Positions 40,821 through 50,735 of a stretch of 64,000 bases of DNA are shown here, one piece after another. The notes under the pieces were generated by a model. It was given only the letters and a program-made list of their open reading frames with translations. It ran no database searches and had not been told where the DNA came from. Each line of letters opens with the position of its first letter. Positions within the stretch are counted from its first letter, which is position 1. Position numbers and translations under genes: made by a program. Location of the stretch: the NCBI GenBank assembly GCA_965221905.1, contig OZ244922.1, positions 1,984,001 through 2,048,000 of the forward strand, in the 5' to 3' direction. The stretch is from Chloroflexota bacterium. GTDB taxonomy: Bacteria > Chloroflexota > UBA11872 > VXOZ01.

Positions 40821-41096
40821 CACAATTCCGGTCGCTGCAATTCCGGTACCCAAAGACTGCGATAGAGAAGACCAACTGCCCCTTGAGGATGCTTGGGCTA
40901 TGTGTGTCTGCTTCTCTGGACATTCACGCCGCTACCGCGCTTTCCTAGGTTGTTGAATGCGACTAAAGCGCTCTTCCTGCGGTACAATGGAGACTTGAAG
41001 GCACCAAAATGCGCATTCGATATCGGACAGTCATGAATGGGTGCTGACTGTTCCAAGAGTAGCGTCACCCGCACTGAAGAACTTGTGGTGAGTGGC

Positions 41097-41765
41097 ATGC
41101 AAATCCTCGTCGTTGACGACGACCAAAAAATCACCGCACTCCTTTTCCGCGCACTAACTCATCAGGGCTACGAAGTAGAAGTAGCGCACGATGGTTTCCA
41201 GGCCCTTTCGCTCGTATCGCAGAAACAGCCGGACCTCATCCTTCTCGATATTCTCATGCCCGGTCTTGATGGGTTGCGCGTTTGCAAGCGCATACGGCAG
41301 GAGAGCACGGTGCCAATCCTCATGCTCACCGCCAAAGATGAAGTTACCGATCGCGTGTTGGGATTGGATAGTGGGGCGGATGACTATCTCGTCAAGCCCT
41401 TCGAGCTAGAGGAGCTTTTTGCCCGCATTCGCGCCCTCCTGCGCAGAAGTACCTCCCCAGAAGACGAAGTGCTTCACTTTGCCGATCTCACACTTGATAC
41501 GGCCGGCAGGCGGGCACAGCGCAGCAATAGAACCTTCGACTTGACCGCCACAGAGTATGAGTTGCTCCTCCTCTTCATGCAGAATCCAAGGCGAGTCCTG
41601 CCACGACAGTACATTATGGAAAAAGTGTGGGGCTACGACTTTGAGGGAGAGTCGAACGTTCTGGAAGTCTACGTGGGTTACCTGCGGCAGAAGCTAGAGG
41701 CCGAAGGGGATTCCCGCATTATCTATACCGTGCGCGGCGTCGGTTACGTATTACGCGAGACCTAA
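41097..41765 (+). CDS. OmpR-family response regulator (MprA-like)
   Basis: ILVVDDD, LLDILMP, GADDYLVKPF, NVLEVYVGYLRQKLE, TVRGVGY. Confidence 0.93.
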   Translation: MQILVVDDDQKITALLFRALTHQGYEVEVAHDGFQALSLVSQKQPDLILLDILMPGLDGLRVCKRIRQESTVPILMLTAKDEVTDRVLGLDSGADDYLVKPFELEELFARIRALLRRSTSPEDEVLHFADLTLDTAGRRAQRSNRTFDLTATEYELLLLFMQNPRRVLPRQYIMEKVWGYDFEGESNVLEVYVGYLRQKLEAEGDSRIIYTVRGVGYVLRET

Positions 41766-41768
41766 CTC

Positions 41769-43292
41769 ATGTCATTGCGTCTCCGCCTGACGTTTCTGGC
41801 GGGCAGCGTACTTGCGATAGTGCTCGTTGTCTATTATCTCTTTACGTACATTCTCATTTCTCGCGCTATCTTCGCTGAAGTCGATCAGGCCCTGGAAACC
41901 CAGGCGCGTGAGGCACTGCACTTCACGCAAACGCTTCCCACGGAGCGAGGACTGCAGATTGTGCTTCGACCGGAGTACAGCGATGCATTTGCCCACTCCG
42001 GCATCTTCCTACAGGTCGTCGGCAGTGACGGCACGGTCCTCTCTCGGTCGACCAACCTGGGTGACGAGCAGCTCCCTAGCGGTAATGAAGTACTTGAACG
42101 AGCGCGCAATGGTCAGCCCTTCATTGAGACTGCAGCAGTTCACGGTACCTTGCTGCGCATTTACCACCAACCTTATGTTGTCCAAGGGCGGCTGCGTAGC
42201 ATGCTACAACTCGCCCGTTCACTTGCCGACGTTGAATCAAATCTGCGCCAGCTACGGATTATAATTATCGTTGGCGGGAGTTTGAGCATCGTCGGCGCGA
42301 TGGGCTTGGCCTACTTGGTCGCACATGCCGGCCTGCTACCCCTCGAACGCCTGGCGCAGGCCGCCCAATTAATCGGTCAGACGCAAGATCTCAGTAAACG
42401 CGTGCCCCAAGCCGGCGCCAACGACGAGGTGGGGCGTCTCGCAGAAACCTTCAACACCATGCTTGACCGACTCCAGAGTAGCTATGCGCGGGTGGCGGAG
42501 GCACTTGCGGCCCAGCGGCGGCTCGTGGCCGACGCCTCGCACGAACTCCGGACTCCCTTGACGGTGATTCGCGGAAACGTGGGCCTGCTGCGGGATATCC
42601 CAGACCTAACGGAAGCGGAACGGAAGGATGCGCTCAATGACATAGCTGTAGAATCGGAGCGCATGAGCCGCTTGGTTTCAGATATGCTGGCGTTGGCCCG
42701 GGCTGATGCGGGCCAATCCCTTCGTCTTGAACGTGTCGATCTCAATGCAATTGCCGCGGATGTTTGCCGACAAGCGCCCTATTTCAACGCAATGGTGGCA
42801 GTGCGATTGAACGCGACCGGTGAAGATGTGTGCTTGATGGGGGACCCGGACTTACTCCGCCAATTAGTGCTTATCTTGCTAGACAATGCCCTAAAGTACA
42901 CACCGGCAGGCGGTTCGGTAACCGTAGGCACGGCGAGCGAATTGCGCGGGGTGCGGCTGATTGTGAAAGACACCGGCATCGGTATGCGAGAAGCTGACAT
43001 TGCCGGCGCATTTGACCGTTTCTACCAAGCCGATAGGACCCGCCATTCGGGCGGTTTTGGCCTCGGCCTATCGATTGCAAAGTGGATTGTGGAGGCGCAC
43101 GGGGCCAGCCTTGACATAAAGAGTGCACCCGATCAGGGAACCACCGTAACGGTCAGGTTGCCCCGGAACATGCCAAGCTCGGACGAAGAAACGGAGTCGC
43201 CAACGGAAGCGGCAGGGGAACCCAACGGCCAGAGTGTTGCGCATGCAGAGCAACCGGCCCCACCGCGGACCGATGACCTCGTGTCTTCATGA
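41769..43292 (+). CDS. HAMP-domain sensor histidine kinase (MprB-like)
   Basis: Two TMs, DEVGRLAETFNTML, ADASHELRTPL, LLDNALKY, DTGIG, GFGLGL. Confidence 0.93.
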   Translation: MSLRLRLTFLAGSVLAIVLVVYYLFTYILISRAIFAEVDQALETQAREALHFTQTLPTERGLQIVLRPEYSDAFAHSGIFLQVVGSDGTVLSRSTNLGDEQLPSGNEVLERARNGQPFIETAAVHGTLLRIYHQPYVVQGRLRSMLQLARSLADVESNLRQLRIIIIVGGSLSIVGAMGLAYLVAHAGLLPLERLAQAAQLIGQTQDLSKRVPQAGANDEVGRLAETFNTMLDRLQSSYARVAEALAAQRRLVADASHELRTPLTVIRGNVGLLRDIPDLTEAERKDALNDIAVESERMSRLVSDMLALARADAGQSLRLERVDLNAIAADVCRQAPYFNAMVAVRLNATGEDVCLMGDPDLLRQLVLILLDNALKYTPAGGSVTVGTASELRGVRLIVKDTGIGMREADIAGAFDRFYQADRTRHSGGFGLGLSIAKWIVEAHGASLDIKSAPDQGTTVTVRLPRNMPSSDEETESPTEAAGEPNGQSVAHAEQPAPPRTDDLVSS

Positions 43293-43392
43293 CCTGCTGT
43301 TTCCTTGCCTAGACTGCCGCCCTTTCAGGTAGTGCTTAGCTAACAGCGGTACACTGAAACCAGAGAACGTCTCGTAGCAAGGAGGCGCGGCA

Positions 43393-44544
43393 ATGTCTTC
43401 AGTTCCCGTTCATTCGGACAACGATCGCAACGATGGTAGAAGCCTAAGTCGAACAGGACTTGGGGGCATCATCGTAATCAGCGTGGTCGTCGCCATGCTT
43501 ACGGGCATTGTTGCCGGAAGCCTTGCCGCGTGGGTAATCATGGGGCGGACGCAGTCGGCGCCAATCGTTGCCACACAGACACCGCTGATAACCTATGCCA
43601 AAGAAGCAGAAGCCAGCGCTGGTGCAGTCTACCAGGCGGTTGCTCCTAGCGTGGTCACCATCATGGTTTTGGACGAAGACCGACCCAATCAACGCGGCAC
43701 AGGCACCGGCATCATTATCGATGAACAAGGCCATATTCTCACCAACAATCATGTCATCAGTGAAGTGGATAGGGTGTTGGTGCAATTGCTCGATGGTAGC
43801 ACGGTCTTTGCCGATATCATCGGCCGCGATCCGGGAACCGATCTCGCCGTCATTCGTGCCAAATTTCCGCCGGGCACGTTGAACATCGCGCGATTCGGGG
43901 ACTCTCAAGCGGTGCAACCAGGAGATCCGGTTTTTGCGATTGGCGCGCCATACGGCCTGAGCCATAGCATTACGGCGGGTATCGTGAGCGGCGTGGGCAG
44001 GACCTATGGTAGCCAGGGCCGCAGAGTTGGCGGTGCTATCCAGAGTGATGCAGCTATCAACCCCGGCAATTCCGGCGGGCCCTTGCTGAACGCCAACGGT
44101 GAGGTAATCGGCATTACCACTGCCATTCAGACCACGTCAGAGGTCTTCATGGGTGTGAGCCTCAGCATCCCTTCGAATTTGGTCCAGAGTCTGCTGCCGC
44201 GCTTGATTAGAGGCGAGGACATCCGGCGCACGTATTTGGGAATCAGCTTGGGTACAATTACCCCACTTCAAGCCAGCGCTAGGAACCTCGACGTTGAGCA
44301 GGGGGTGTGGGTGCTGCGGGCAATGCCGGGCGGCCCCGCACAGAAGGCCGGTATTCGCGGCTCTCGCTCCCTGCCTAGTGCCGACATCATTACGGCGATT
44401 GACGGCGTGTCGATGAAGTCCGCTGGCGACCTGATTGCCTACATACAGACGAAAGACGTCGGTGATACAGTCACGGTTACGGTCTATCGCAACAGTGAGA
44501 CCCTGGAGATCCCGGTAACCCTCGGCGCGTGGCCGGAGAGGTAG
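43393..44544 (+). CDS. htrA: HtrA/DegP-type S1C serine protease with PDZ domain
   Basis: TM anchor, LTNNHV, DLAVI, AAINPGNSGGPL, C-terminal PDZ. Confidence 0.93.
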   Translation: MSSVPVHSDNDRNDGRSLSRTGLGGIIVISVVVAMLTGIVAGSLAAWVIMGRTQSAPIVATQTPLITYAKEAEASAGAVYQAVAPSVVTIMVLDEDRPNQRGTGTGIIIDEQGHILTNNHVISEVDRVLVQLLDGSTVFADIIGRDPGTDLAVIRAKFPPGTLNIARFGDSQAVQPGDPVFAIGAPYGLSHSITAGIVSGVGRTYGSQGRRVGGAIQSDAAINPGNSGGPLLNANGEVIGITTAIQTTSEVFMGVSLSIPSNLVQSLLPRLIRGEDIRRTYLGISLGTITPLQASARNLDVEQGVWVLRAMPGGPAQKAGIRGSRSLPSADIITAIDGVSMKSAGDLIAYIQTKDVGDTVTVTVYRNSETLEIPVTLGAWPER

Positions 44545-44673
44545 AGACTGCTTGCGGTGGCATTCACACAATTGTGTAAACGCTCGGTCTAGAGCTGATG
44601 GCTTTACTGCCTATTGCCATTCGGATACGATGTGTGGAGAGGCAGTCCTGTAGCTCACTCCGGAGTTGCTTCG

Positions 44674-45459
44674 ATGCAGATGCCGCCGACAGCCGACGAT
44701 TTGCCGGACGCCAGTTACGCAGATGCTGTCTTCACCGTTGTTACTAAACGCACGGCGATTGTTACCGGCTTAGCGGCCGGTGCAATCGTACCGTGCATTC
44801 CCTTGGCAATACTCGGTACTCTCGGCCTGCTTGCAACACTTCTCTTCAATCGCGGCACGATAGAATTAGGGACGTCTTCTGCGATCACGCTTGAGAATGT
44901 TCAGGTGGCCGCAATCGTCTTGCTGCTGGTTATCATCTGCAGCAGTGTCTTGGGCGCTCTGATGGGAGCACTTCGCCGCTGGAGCGTACAACGAGGCATA
45001 ACTTGGAAGTTGCTCGTTGGCTCCCACTTCTCCACGCATCCGGGGCCGCAGACTGCAATTGCTTTCATCGTCGTACCTTTGGTCGTCGTCCTTATGCTTC
45101 ATGGCGTTAGCGTGGTGGTTGGTCACCTGGTGAGCATCGCCCCCGCGCTGTTTTTCATGTTCCCTCTCTGGGCGCTTTCCGGCTTCCTATACGAGGCGGT
45201 GTGGGAATCGGTTGTCTTCTTCATCTTGCGCATTGCCGCAGGCGAGCAAATGATGTGGCTCAAGCGTGAGACAGAACTTGTGCGCCTGTTGAAAGACGAT
45301 TCCGAACTGTTCGGCTGCCACCTGCATGCCGTCCGGATTGATCCGAGTTCCGGAGTGGCATTTATTCGCGGCGACTTTCGCACGCCTGACCATTTCCGCC
45401 GGGTGCGAGAGATCGGCCTGCGTGTGATCGGTGTGAATGAAGTAGAGGCAGCGACTTAG
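44674..45459 (+). CDS. Hypothetical membrane protein (about 4 TMs, BON-like C-terminus)
   Basis: Hydrophobic segments; C-terminal VAFIRG...VIGVNEV resembles a BON-domain end; start uncertain. Confidence 0.6.
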   Translation: MQMPPTADDLPDASYADAVFTVVTKRTAIVTGLAAGAIVPCIPLAILGTLGLLATLLFNRGTIELGTSSAITLENVQVAAIVLLLVIICSSVLGALMGALRRWSVQRGITWKLLVGSHFSTHPGPQTAIAFIVVPLVVVLMLHGVSVVVGHLVSIAPALFFMFPLWALSGFLYEAVWESVVFFILRIAAGEQMMWLKRETELVRLLKDDSELFGCHLHAVRIDPSSGVAFIRGDFRTPDHFRRVREIGLRVIGVNEVEAAT

Positions 45460-45565
45460 CCTCTTCCTTAAACAGCGAGTTTCTCGCCGGGATGCGGCGC
45501 ATATGTGCTCAGCGTCAAAGTCGACATAACTTTAGGAATAGCGAGCCGAGGAACGGGTTGCAGAG

Positions 45566-46900
45566 ATGACGCGACGTGAATGGCATGCAAGCGCGCTGCT
45601 CGGCGCGAAAACCCTATTACTGCTTAGTTGCGGCGGTGATGATGAAAATGAGCAGGAGCCACGGGAAGAGCCCGGTTCCCGGGTGGGAATCGGCGTTGAC
45701 GCTGCAAAGGAGTCGCAAGAGTTCACGCTTGCTGTCCTCGATCACCCCCTGATGGTCACGCCCGGTCAGAAGATTGTTCAGGATTGGACTAAGGGCAATG
45801 TTCCCGGCGCGCCTTTGGGGACATCGCTACAACATGTGAAGGTCCCAATGCAGGGCGGGGCAAGGGATTTTCTCACGTCGCAAGCGGCGGGAGGTGTCTC
45901 AGCGGACTTCATCTGGCTTCCACACTGGGAGGATGTCCCGGATTTATTCAAAACCGGGCTGCTAGCGCCGCTAGACCGCTGGCTGCAGGCGGATGGCCAT
46001 AGGCCCCTAGAGGTCTTTGCTGAAGAGGCCCGCCGTCTCGTGCGGTTTCGGGCTCAGACTCTGGCGTTGCCGATTGCAATCGCGCCGGGTGTACTGGCCC
46101 ACAATGCGCTCCGATTCGAACGCGCCACTGTGGCAGCACCCACGCATAATTGGACATGGGAAGACTTCATCGAGGCGGCTAAGCGCTTGACGGAGGATTC
46201 TAACGGCGACGGTACTCCCGACCGTTGGGGGTTTGTGGCTGCGGCGTATTTTCCGGATTGGCTGCCGTTTGTGCTGCAAGAAGGCGGATCGGTCGCAGAC
46301 TTGGACACAGGGGAGATTGGCATGGATGGACCGGCTAGTCTGCGCGCGCTCAGTACTTGGGATGATCTGGGAAGAGTGCACGGCATTTTGCCTTATGGAC
46401 CTGAGGTAACGACAAAGAAGCTACAAGGCTACAACGACCTCTTTCAGAGAGGGATGTTCTTCTCCCTCTTCTTTCAATACTTGCCCGAGCATTTGCGACG
46501 CGTCACTCCTCTGCCCACAGGATCACGGAACACAACGCCCCTAGTTCTCACGGAATCACTGGCAATTCCGGACGCAGCCCAAGGGGAGCGCGCGTACGAG
46601 GTACTGGTGCCAATGGCGAGTTGGCTTGGAGAACGCCGCGTATTACCGGCGACGACAGCAGGCTGGCAATTCATCAAAAGCCCCGATCGAGATCACTTTG
46701 ACCTGGTTTTCCCCGAGTCTACGCAGGACACGGTTCTACAAGCACTGGCCAATGCCAAGGCTTCCCACGTCGCCAGCAGCCCGGCAATGACCAACGCCCT
46801 ATTCAATATTGTTACGTATCGTTTGGCACGGGGTGAGGTGGGAATTGAGCAAGCCATTGAGCAGGCGACAAATTGGCTGACGGGGTATGTCAATGAGTAG
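45566..46900 (+). CDS. Divergent solute-binding-protein-like Tat lipoprotein
   Basis: TRREW, LLSC lipobox, GLLAPLDRW, WTWEDFIEAAKRLT, DSNGDGTPDRWG. Confidence 0.78.
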   Translation: MTRREWHASALLGAKTLLLLSCGGDDENEQEPREEPGSRVGIGVDAAKESQEFTLAVLDHPLMVTPGQKIVQDWTKGNVPGAPLGTSLQHVKVPMQGGARDFLTSQAAGGVSADFIWLPHWEDVPDLFKTGLLAPLDRWLQADGHRPLEVFAEEARRLVRFRAQTLALPIAIAPGVLAHNALRFERATVAAPTHNWTWEDFIEAAKRLTEDSNGDGTPDRWGFVAAAYFPDWLPFVLQEGGSVADLDTGEIGMDGPASLRALSTWDDLGRVHGILPYGPEVTTKKLQGYNDLFQRGMFFSLFFQYLPEHLRRVTPLPTGSRNTTPLVLTESLAIPDAAQGERAYEVLVPMASWLGERRVLPATTAGWQFIKSPDRDHFDLVFPESTQDTVLQALANAKASHVASSPAMTNALFNIVTYRLARGEVGIEQAIEQATNWLTGYVNE

Positions 46901-47042
46901 AAGCTACCTGGGAACGTTAGTGCGGCGATCCCGAATGGCGCCAAAGCGTGTGGGAAACACCCAATAGGGCATCCGACGTGAAGCGACGCCCGCGCCCTTC
47001 AAGGGCAGACACAGCAAACCAACGCAGCGTTTGCGTCCGTTC

Positions 47043-47069
47043 GTACTTCGACAGGCTCAGTACGAACGG
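47043..47069 (+). repeat. CTTCGACAGGCTCAG-type palindromic repeat
   Basis: GTACTTCGACAGGCTCAGTACGAACGG, same family as 17116. Confidence 0.75.
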
Positions 47070-47169
47070 ACATGCATTCTCCACAACTCCACATGTGAAC
47101 CATTCCTCTGCTCTGGGGCTCAGGCACTCTTGTCCTGGCGATAGCGAACTTATCATTTGACATAAAGAT

Positions 47170-47191
47170 GCCTGCCGCTCAAGCGGCAGGC
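47170..47191 (-). terminator. Hairpin after pspAA
   Basis: GCCTGCCGC-tcaa-GCGGCAGGC. Confidence 0.6.
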
Positions 47192-47237
47192 TCCAAAATC
47201 CAAGTCTCAGGTCTTAGGGTTGTATTCTGCGCCGCAC

Positions 47238-47525
47238 CTACTCCAGGCGGCCGGGGACGAATCCTTCCTCGCCTAGGAGTTTTTGTGCTTCTTCCAGAGT
47301 CTCGTCCGGCGGCGGCAGAATTACGTCCGACGGTACGATTTCGTCATCCGGTAGCGGCGTGCCCTTTTGGGTCACCAGGTCGTGCATTTGCTGAAGCAAG
47401 TCCAGGAAAGCCCCGTTATCGGACCCTGAAACGGCCTCTTCAATTGCATCATCGAATCGCTGCAAATCGGTAATAATCGCATCGTCGAGGCGGTATTGGC
47501 CCACAGTTGCGATGCGGACAATCAT
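47238..47525 (-). CDS. PspA-associated protein PspAA
   Basis: MIVRI..GQY.LDD, SDVILPPPD.TLEE, EGFVPG; overlaps the pspA stop. Confidence 0.82.
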   Translation of the reverse strand: MIVRIATVGQYRLDDAIITDLQRFDDAIEEAVSGSDNGAFLDLLQQMHDLVTQKGTPLPDDEIVPSDVILPPPDETLEEAQKLLGEEGFVPGRLE

Positions 47526-48253
47526 GCGTGATCCTCCAACTGCTTCTTTTCTTTGTCTCCGAGCTGTCTCTTCAGCAATGCCAACTCATCATCCACACCG
47601 CTCTCAGCGCTAAGCTTATTCAATTCTCGATCCACAAAGTCGGAACGGGAACCTGTGGAGTCTTCAAGGACACCGGTATCCACAAGCTCATCTATCGCCG
47701 ATGCGCGCGCCTGTAAGGACTCCGTGCGCTCCTCTGCTCTCTCGACAAGCAGCGAGACATCAGCCATTTCTTCTGACAGACCCGATACTGTCTCACTGAT
47801 ACGCGTCTGTGCTTCAGCCGCGCTGTACTGGGCCTTGATGACCTCCTTGCGCGTGCGGAAGTTCTCCACTTTCGCCACAAGTTTTTGCTCGGTGAGTGCC
47901 AGGCGCTCCTGGTCATGTTCCAGCGCCTGAATCTGCTGCCGCAGTCCTTCTACCTGCGTCACCACGAGTTGCTTGCGCTGCAAAGCAATACGGGCGAGGT
48001 CATCACGACCGGCTTCAACGGCACGTTGGGCCTGGTTTGAAAGTTTCGCGTCGTTGCTCTCCAGCTTGGCCGCCTGCATTTCAAGACGCCGCTTGGACGT
48101 CACAACCTCTACAATGCCGCGCTTAACTTTGTGCAAATGCTCAAGCTGCCGTTCGTAGGCATAATCAAGCGTCTCTGCCGGGTCTTCCGATCGGTCTAGC
48201 AGCGCGTTTATTTTGGCACCGAGCACAGCGCCCATCCGCGACAAAACACCCAT
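47522..48253 (-). CDS. pspA: PspA/IM30 family protein
   Basis: LDRSEDPAETLD, GRDDLARIAL, KAQYSAAEAQ, ARASAIDEL, VDDELALLK; ATG 48253 with GGAGG RBS. Confidence 0.93.
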   Translation of the reverse strand: MGVLSRMGAVLGAKINALLDRSEDPAETLDYAYERQLEHLHKVKRGIVEVVTSKRRLEMQAAKLESNDAKLSNQAQRAVEAGRDDLARIALQRKQLVVTQVEGLRQQIQALEHDQERLALTEQKLVAKVENFRTRKEVIKAQYSAAEAQTRISETVSGLSEEMADVSLLVERAEERTESLQARASAIDELVDTGVLEDSTGSRSDFVDRELNKLSAESGVDDELALLKRQLGDKEKKQLEDHA

Positions 48254-48417
48254 GCACACTCCTCCGGTTCGGTGACCGCTCGGCTCACCTTCAACCCCAC
48301 TTGACACTGGTTCAAGTATCCCACACGATTACCACTCGGTCAAACGAATTTGGGCGGCTTCGCAACATTCACATTCACTTCCCAAGAGAGGACGAATGGG
48401 GAAAACAAGGGGATTTG

Positions 48418-48446
48418 TTGATATTTACATAATTCAAAGTTATACT
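48418..48446 (+). promoter_or_regulatory. Sigma70-type promoter divergent from pspA
   Basis: TTGATA-N17-TATACT in an AT-rich patch. Confidence 0.55.
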
Positions 48447-48598
48447 GTATGATATGGACAATCGTGATGAAAGCTACACGTATTCACTCGCGGGCAGCAG
48501 ATGCTCGTTTAGCGCGTACGGTCGCCTTCGTTGGTGATTGCACCTACCGAAAGAGTATTTGAAGCTGTCTGTAGGGTGCGGTGGCAGGAGGGACACCC

Positions 48599-49984
48599 GT
48601 GACACGACGCCAATGGCTTAGTAGCGCGCTGATCAGCGGCGCGGGCCTGCTCCTGGCAAGCTGCGGCGGCGATGAGGAAGACGAACAATCGTCGCGCATA
48701 GAGCCGAGTCCCCGTGTGGGAACCAGCGTCGTATCTGCCAAAGAGCCTCAGCAGATTACTCTGGCGCTGCTTGAGTTTCCCAACCAATTCAATCCTAGGA
48801 AGCCAAGCATCCTTGCCCGGGACTTGATCGCGGAGTGGGCGAACAGCGGCATTCCCGGTACGCCTGAGGGCACGATATTGCAGACGACTGATATTCCGGT
48901 CGTTATCGACAAGAATGGGGTCACTCAGACAACTGCCGGATTGATAGATTTCCTCTCCTCTCGTGCCGCCGGAGGCGTATCAGGAACGGACTTGGTCTGG
49001 CTTTCGTCCTTCGCGGACATTCTAATGCTGTTCGAATCTGGGTTGTTTGCGCCTCTCGACCGCTGGCTGAACGCGGACCGGCAGATGCCCCTGGAGGCGT
49101 TTGCGGAAGAAGCCCGTCGCCTGGTGCGTGTGCGCGGCCAGACAATTGGGTTACCCTTGGCGATTTCCCCGGGTGTACTTTCGCACAATGCCATCCGCTT
49201 CCAACAGGCTAACGTGGCAGCGCCGACTCATGAGTGGACATGGGATGACTTCATCGAGGCCGGTAAGCACCTTACGGCAGATACCAACGACGATGGCGCC
49301 CCAGACCGCTGGGGATATATTGCAAACTGGCATTTCCCGGATTGGCTCCCGTTTCTGCTCCAAGAGGGTGGCACGGTCATAGACCTGGACACGGGCAAGA
49401 TTGGATTGGAGGATCCGGCCAGCATTCGCGCGCTTACTGCCTGGGATGAGCTTGGGAAAGTGCACGGAATCATTCCCCATGGCCCCATGGTCTCGCAGGA
49501 GGACTTGCAAGGCTGGACAAACGCACGACAAAGTGGGATGCAGTTCTCGCGCTTCTTTAAGAACATGGTGGATGGTTGGTCAGACGTAACCCCAATGCCG
49601 CAAGGTTCCCGGAAAGCCACACCGCTATCGCTTGAGGAAGTTTTGACCATTCCGGCCGCGACGTCGGGAGATAGCGCGTATGCGGCGCTCGTTCCCCTCG
49701 CTCACTGGATTGGTGAGCGCCGGGTCTTACCGTCTGTCACCGCCGGCTGGCAATTTATCCAGCAGCCGGATAGGGACCACTTCGATCTGATTTTCCCCAA
49801 ACCGATTCAGGAAACTGCCCTACAGGGCTTGGCCAGCGCAAAGGCTTCCCATGCGGCAAGCAGCACTTCCATTTCCTATCACCTCTTCCACCAAGTCACA
49901 TTGCCTTTGGCGCGCGGCGAGGTTGTTGTTGAGCAAGCGATTGATCAAGCGACGAACTGGCTGCGAAACTACCTGATTCAATAA
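48599..49984 (+). CDS. Divergent SBP-like Tat lipoprotein, paralog of 45566-46900
   Basis: GTG start after AGGAGG; TRRQWL, LASC lipobox; shared motifs FAEEARRLVR, FPDWLPF, WIGERRVLP, LARGEV. Confidence 0.78.
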   Translation: MTRRQWLSSALISGAGLLLASCGGDEEDEQSSRIEPSPRVGTSVVSAKEPQQITLALLEFPNQFNPRKPSILARDLIAEWANSGIPGTPEGTILQTTDIPVVIDKNGVTQTTAGLIDFLSSRAAGGVSGTDLVWLSSFADILMLFESGLFAPLDRWLNADRQMPLEAFAEEARRLVRVRGQTIGLPLAISPGVLSHNAIRFQQANVAAPTHEWTWDDFIEAGKHLTADTNDDGAPDRWGYIANWHFPDWLPFLLQEGGTVIDLDTGKIGLEDPASIRALTAWDELGKVHGIIPHGPMVSQEDLQGWTNARQSGMQFSRFFKNMVDGWSDVTPMPQGSRKATPLSLEEVLTIPAATSGDSAYAALVPLAHWIGERRVLPSVTAGWQFIQQPDRDHFDLIFPKPIQETALQGLASAKASHAASSTSISYHLFHQVTLPLARGEVVVEQAIDQATNWLRNYLIQ

Positions 49985-49991
49985 CCGGCGG

Positions 49992-50056
49992 TACTAAGTT
50001 CCGAGAAGATACATTCTCGGAACTTAGTAGGGGCAGGTTTGAAACCTGCCCCTACT
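49992..50056. repeat. Two overlapping perfect hairpins, the second a GTAG-type REP
   Basis: TACTAAGTTCCGAGAA-gataca-TTCTCGGAACTTAGTA; GTAGGGGCAGGTTT-G-AAACCTGCCCCTAC. Confidence 0.8.
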
Positions 50057-50242
50057 CAATCATCCCCGCTCTCTCTTGCTCCATGCGAGCCTTCCCAAGC
50101 AGTCTCACGACCAACGGCGCAATCACAACGCGCCTGGAGGAGAGACTGGGGCTTTAGTCAATGAAGGCTCACGCCCATCGGGGAAGCTACTAGCCCCCGT
50201 CAGAGAAACGGGGGTTTTGGTTATTGATTTCTTTCCACCATT

Positions 50243-50633
50243 GGAGACCTTTGCATAACCCTTGCTGAGGCGAGAAAGTCCCCTCTCCCGGCGGAGACCT
50301 TTGCATAACCCTTGCCGAGGCGACAAAGTCCCCTCTCCCGGCGGGAGAGGGTTAGGGTGAGGGGGAATCTCCGCAATCCAGGCCATTTTCACCGATATTG
50401 CACACTTACTTATAGGTCTTAGAGGTAAAAAGACAGAATAAGCAAGAATCCCCTCACCCCGGCCCTCTCCCGCCGGGAGAGGGAGTAATTCTTGCGCCGC
50501 TGGCCGAAGTTACGCAAAGGTCTCCATTGGGAGAGGGAGTAATTCTTGCGCCGCTGGCCGAAGTTACGCAAAGGTCTCCGGCGGGAGAGGGAGTAATTCT
50601 TGCGCCGCTGGCCGAAGTTACGCAAAGGTCTCC
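50243..50633. mobile_element. Nested MITE-like element with GGAGACCTTTGCRTAAC terminal inverted repeats
   Basis: 2x 50-bp left-end units, 3x 54-bp right-end units, flanking ATT/GGC trinucleotides, internal CCCTCTCCC-NNN-GGGAGAGGG hairpins. Confidence 0.7.
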
Positions 50634-50708
50634 ATTGGGAGACAGTAAGGCCCCCGCCTCGAGAGACGGGGGCTTTGGCTTATAGTCTCGAGACCAAGGG
50701 GACAATCA

Positions 50709-50735
50709 CAACGCCCCCGCCAGAAAGGCGGGGGC
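50709..50735 (-). terminator. Intrinsic terminator-like hairpin after the 608-aa gene
   Basis: ACGCCCCCGCC-agaaa-GGCGGGGGCGT. Confidence 0.6.

Noticed and set aside
50475-50642. 54-bp tandem repeat as a CRISPR array
   Set aside because: Only 3 nt vary between units, there are no unique spacers or cas genes, and stacked element ends explain it
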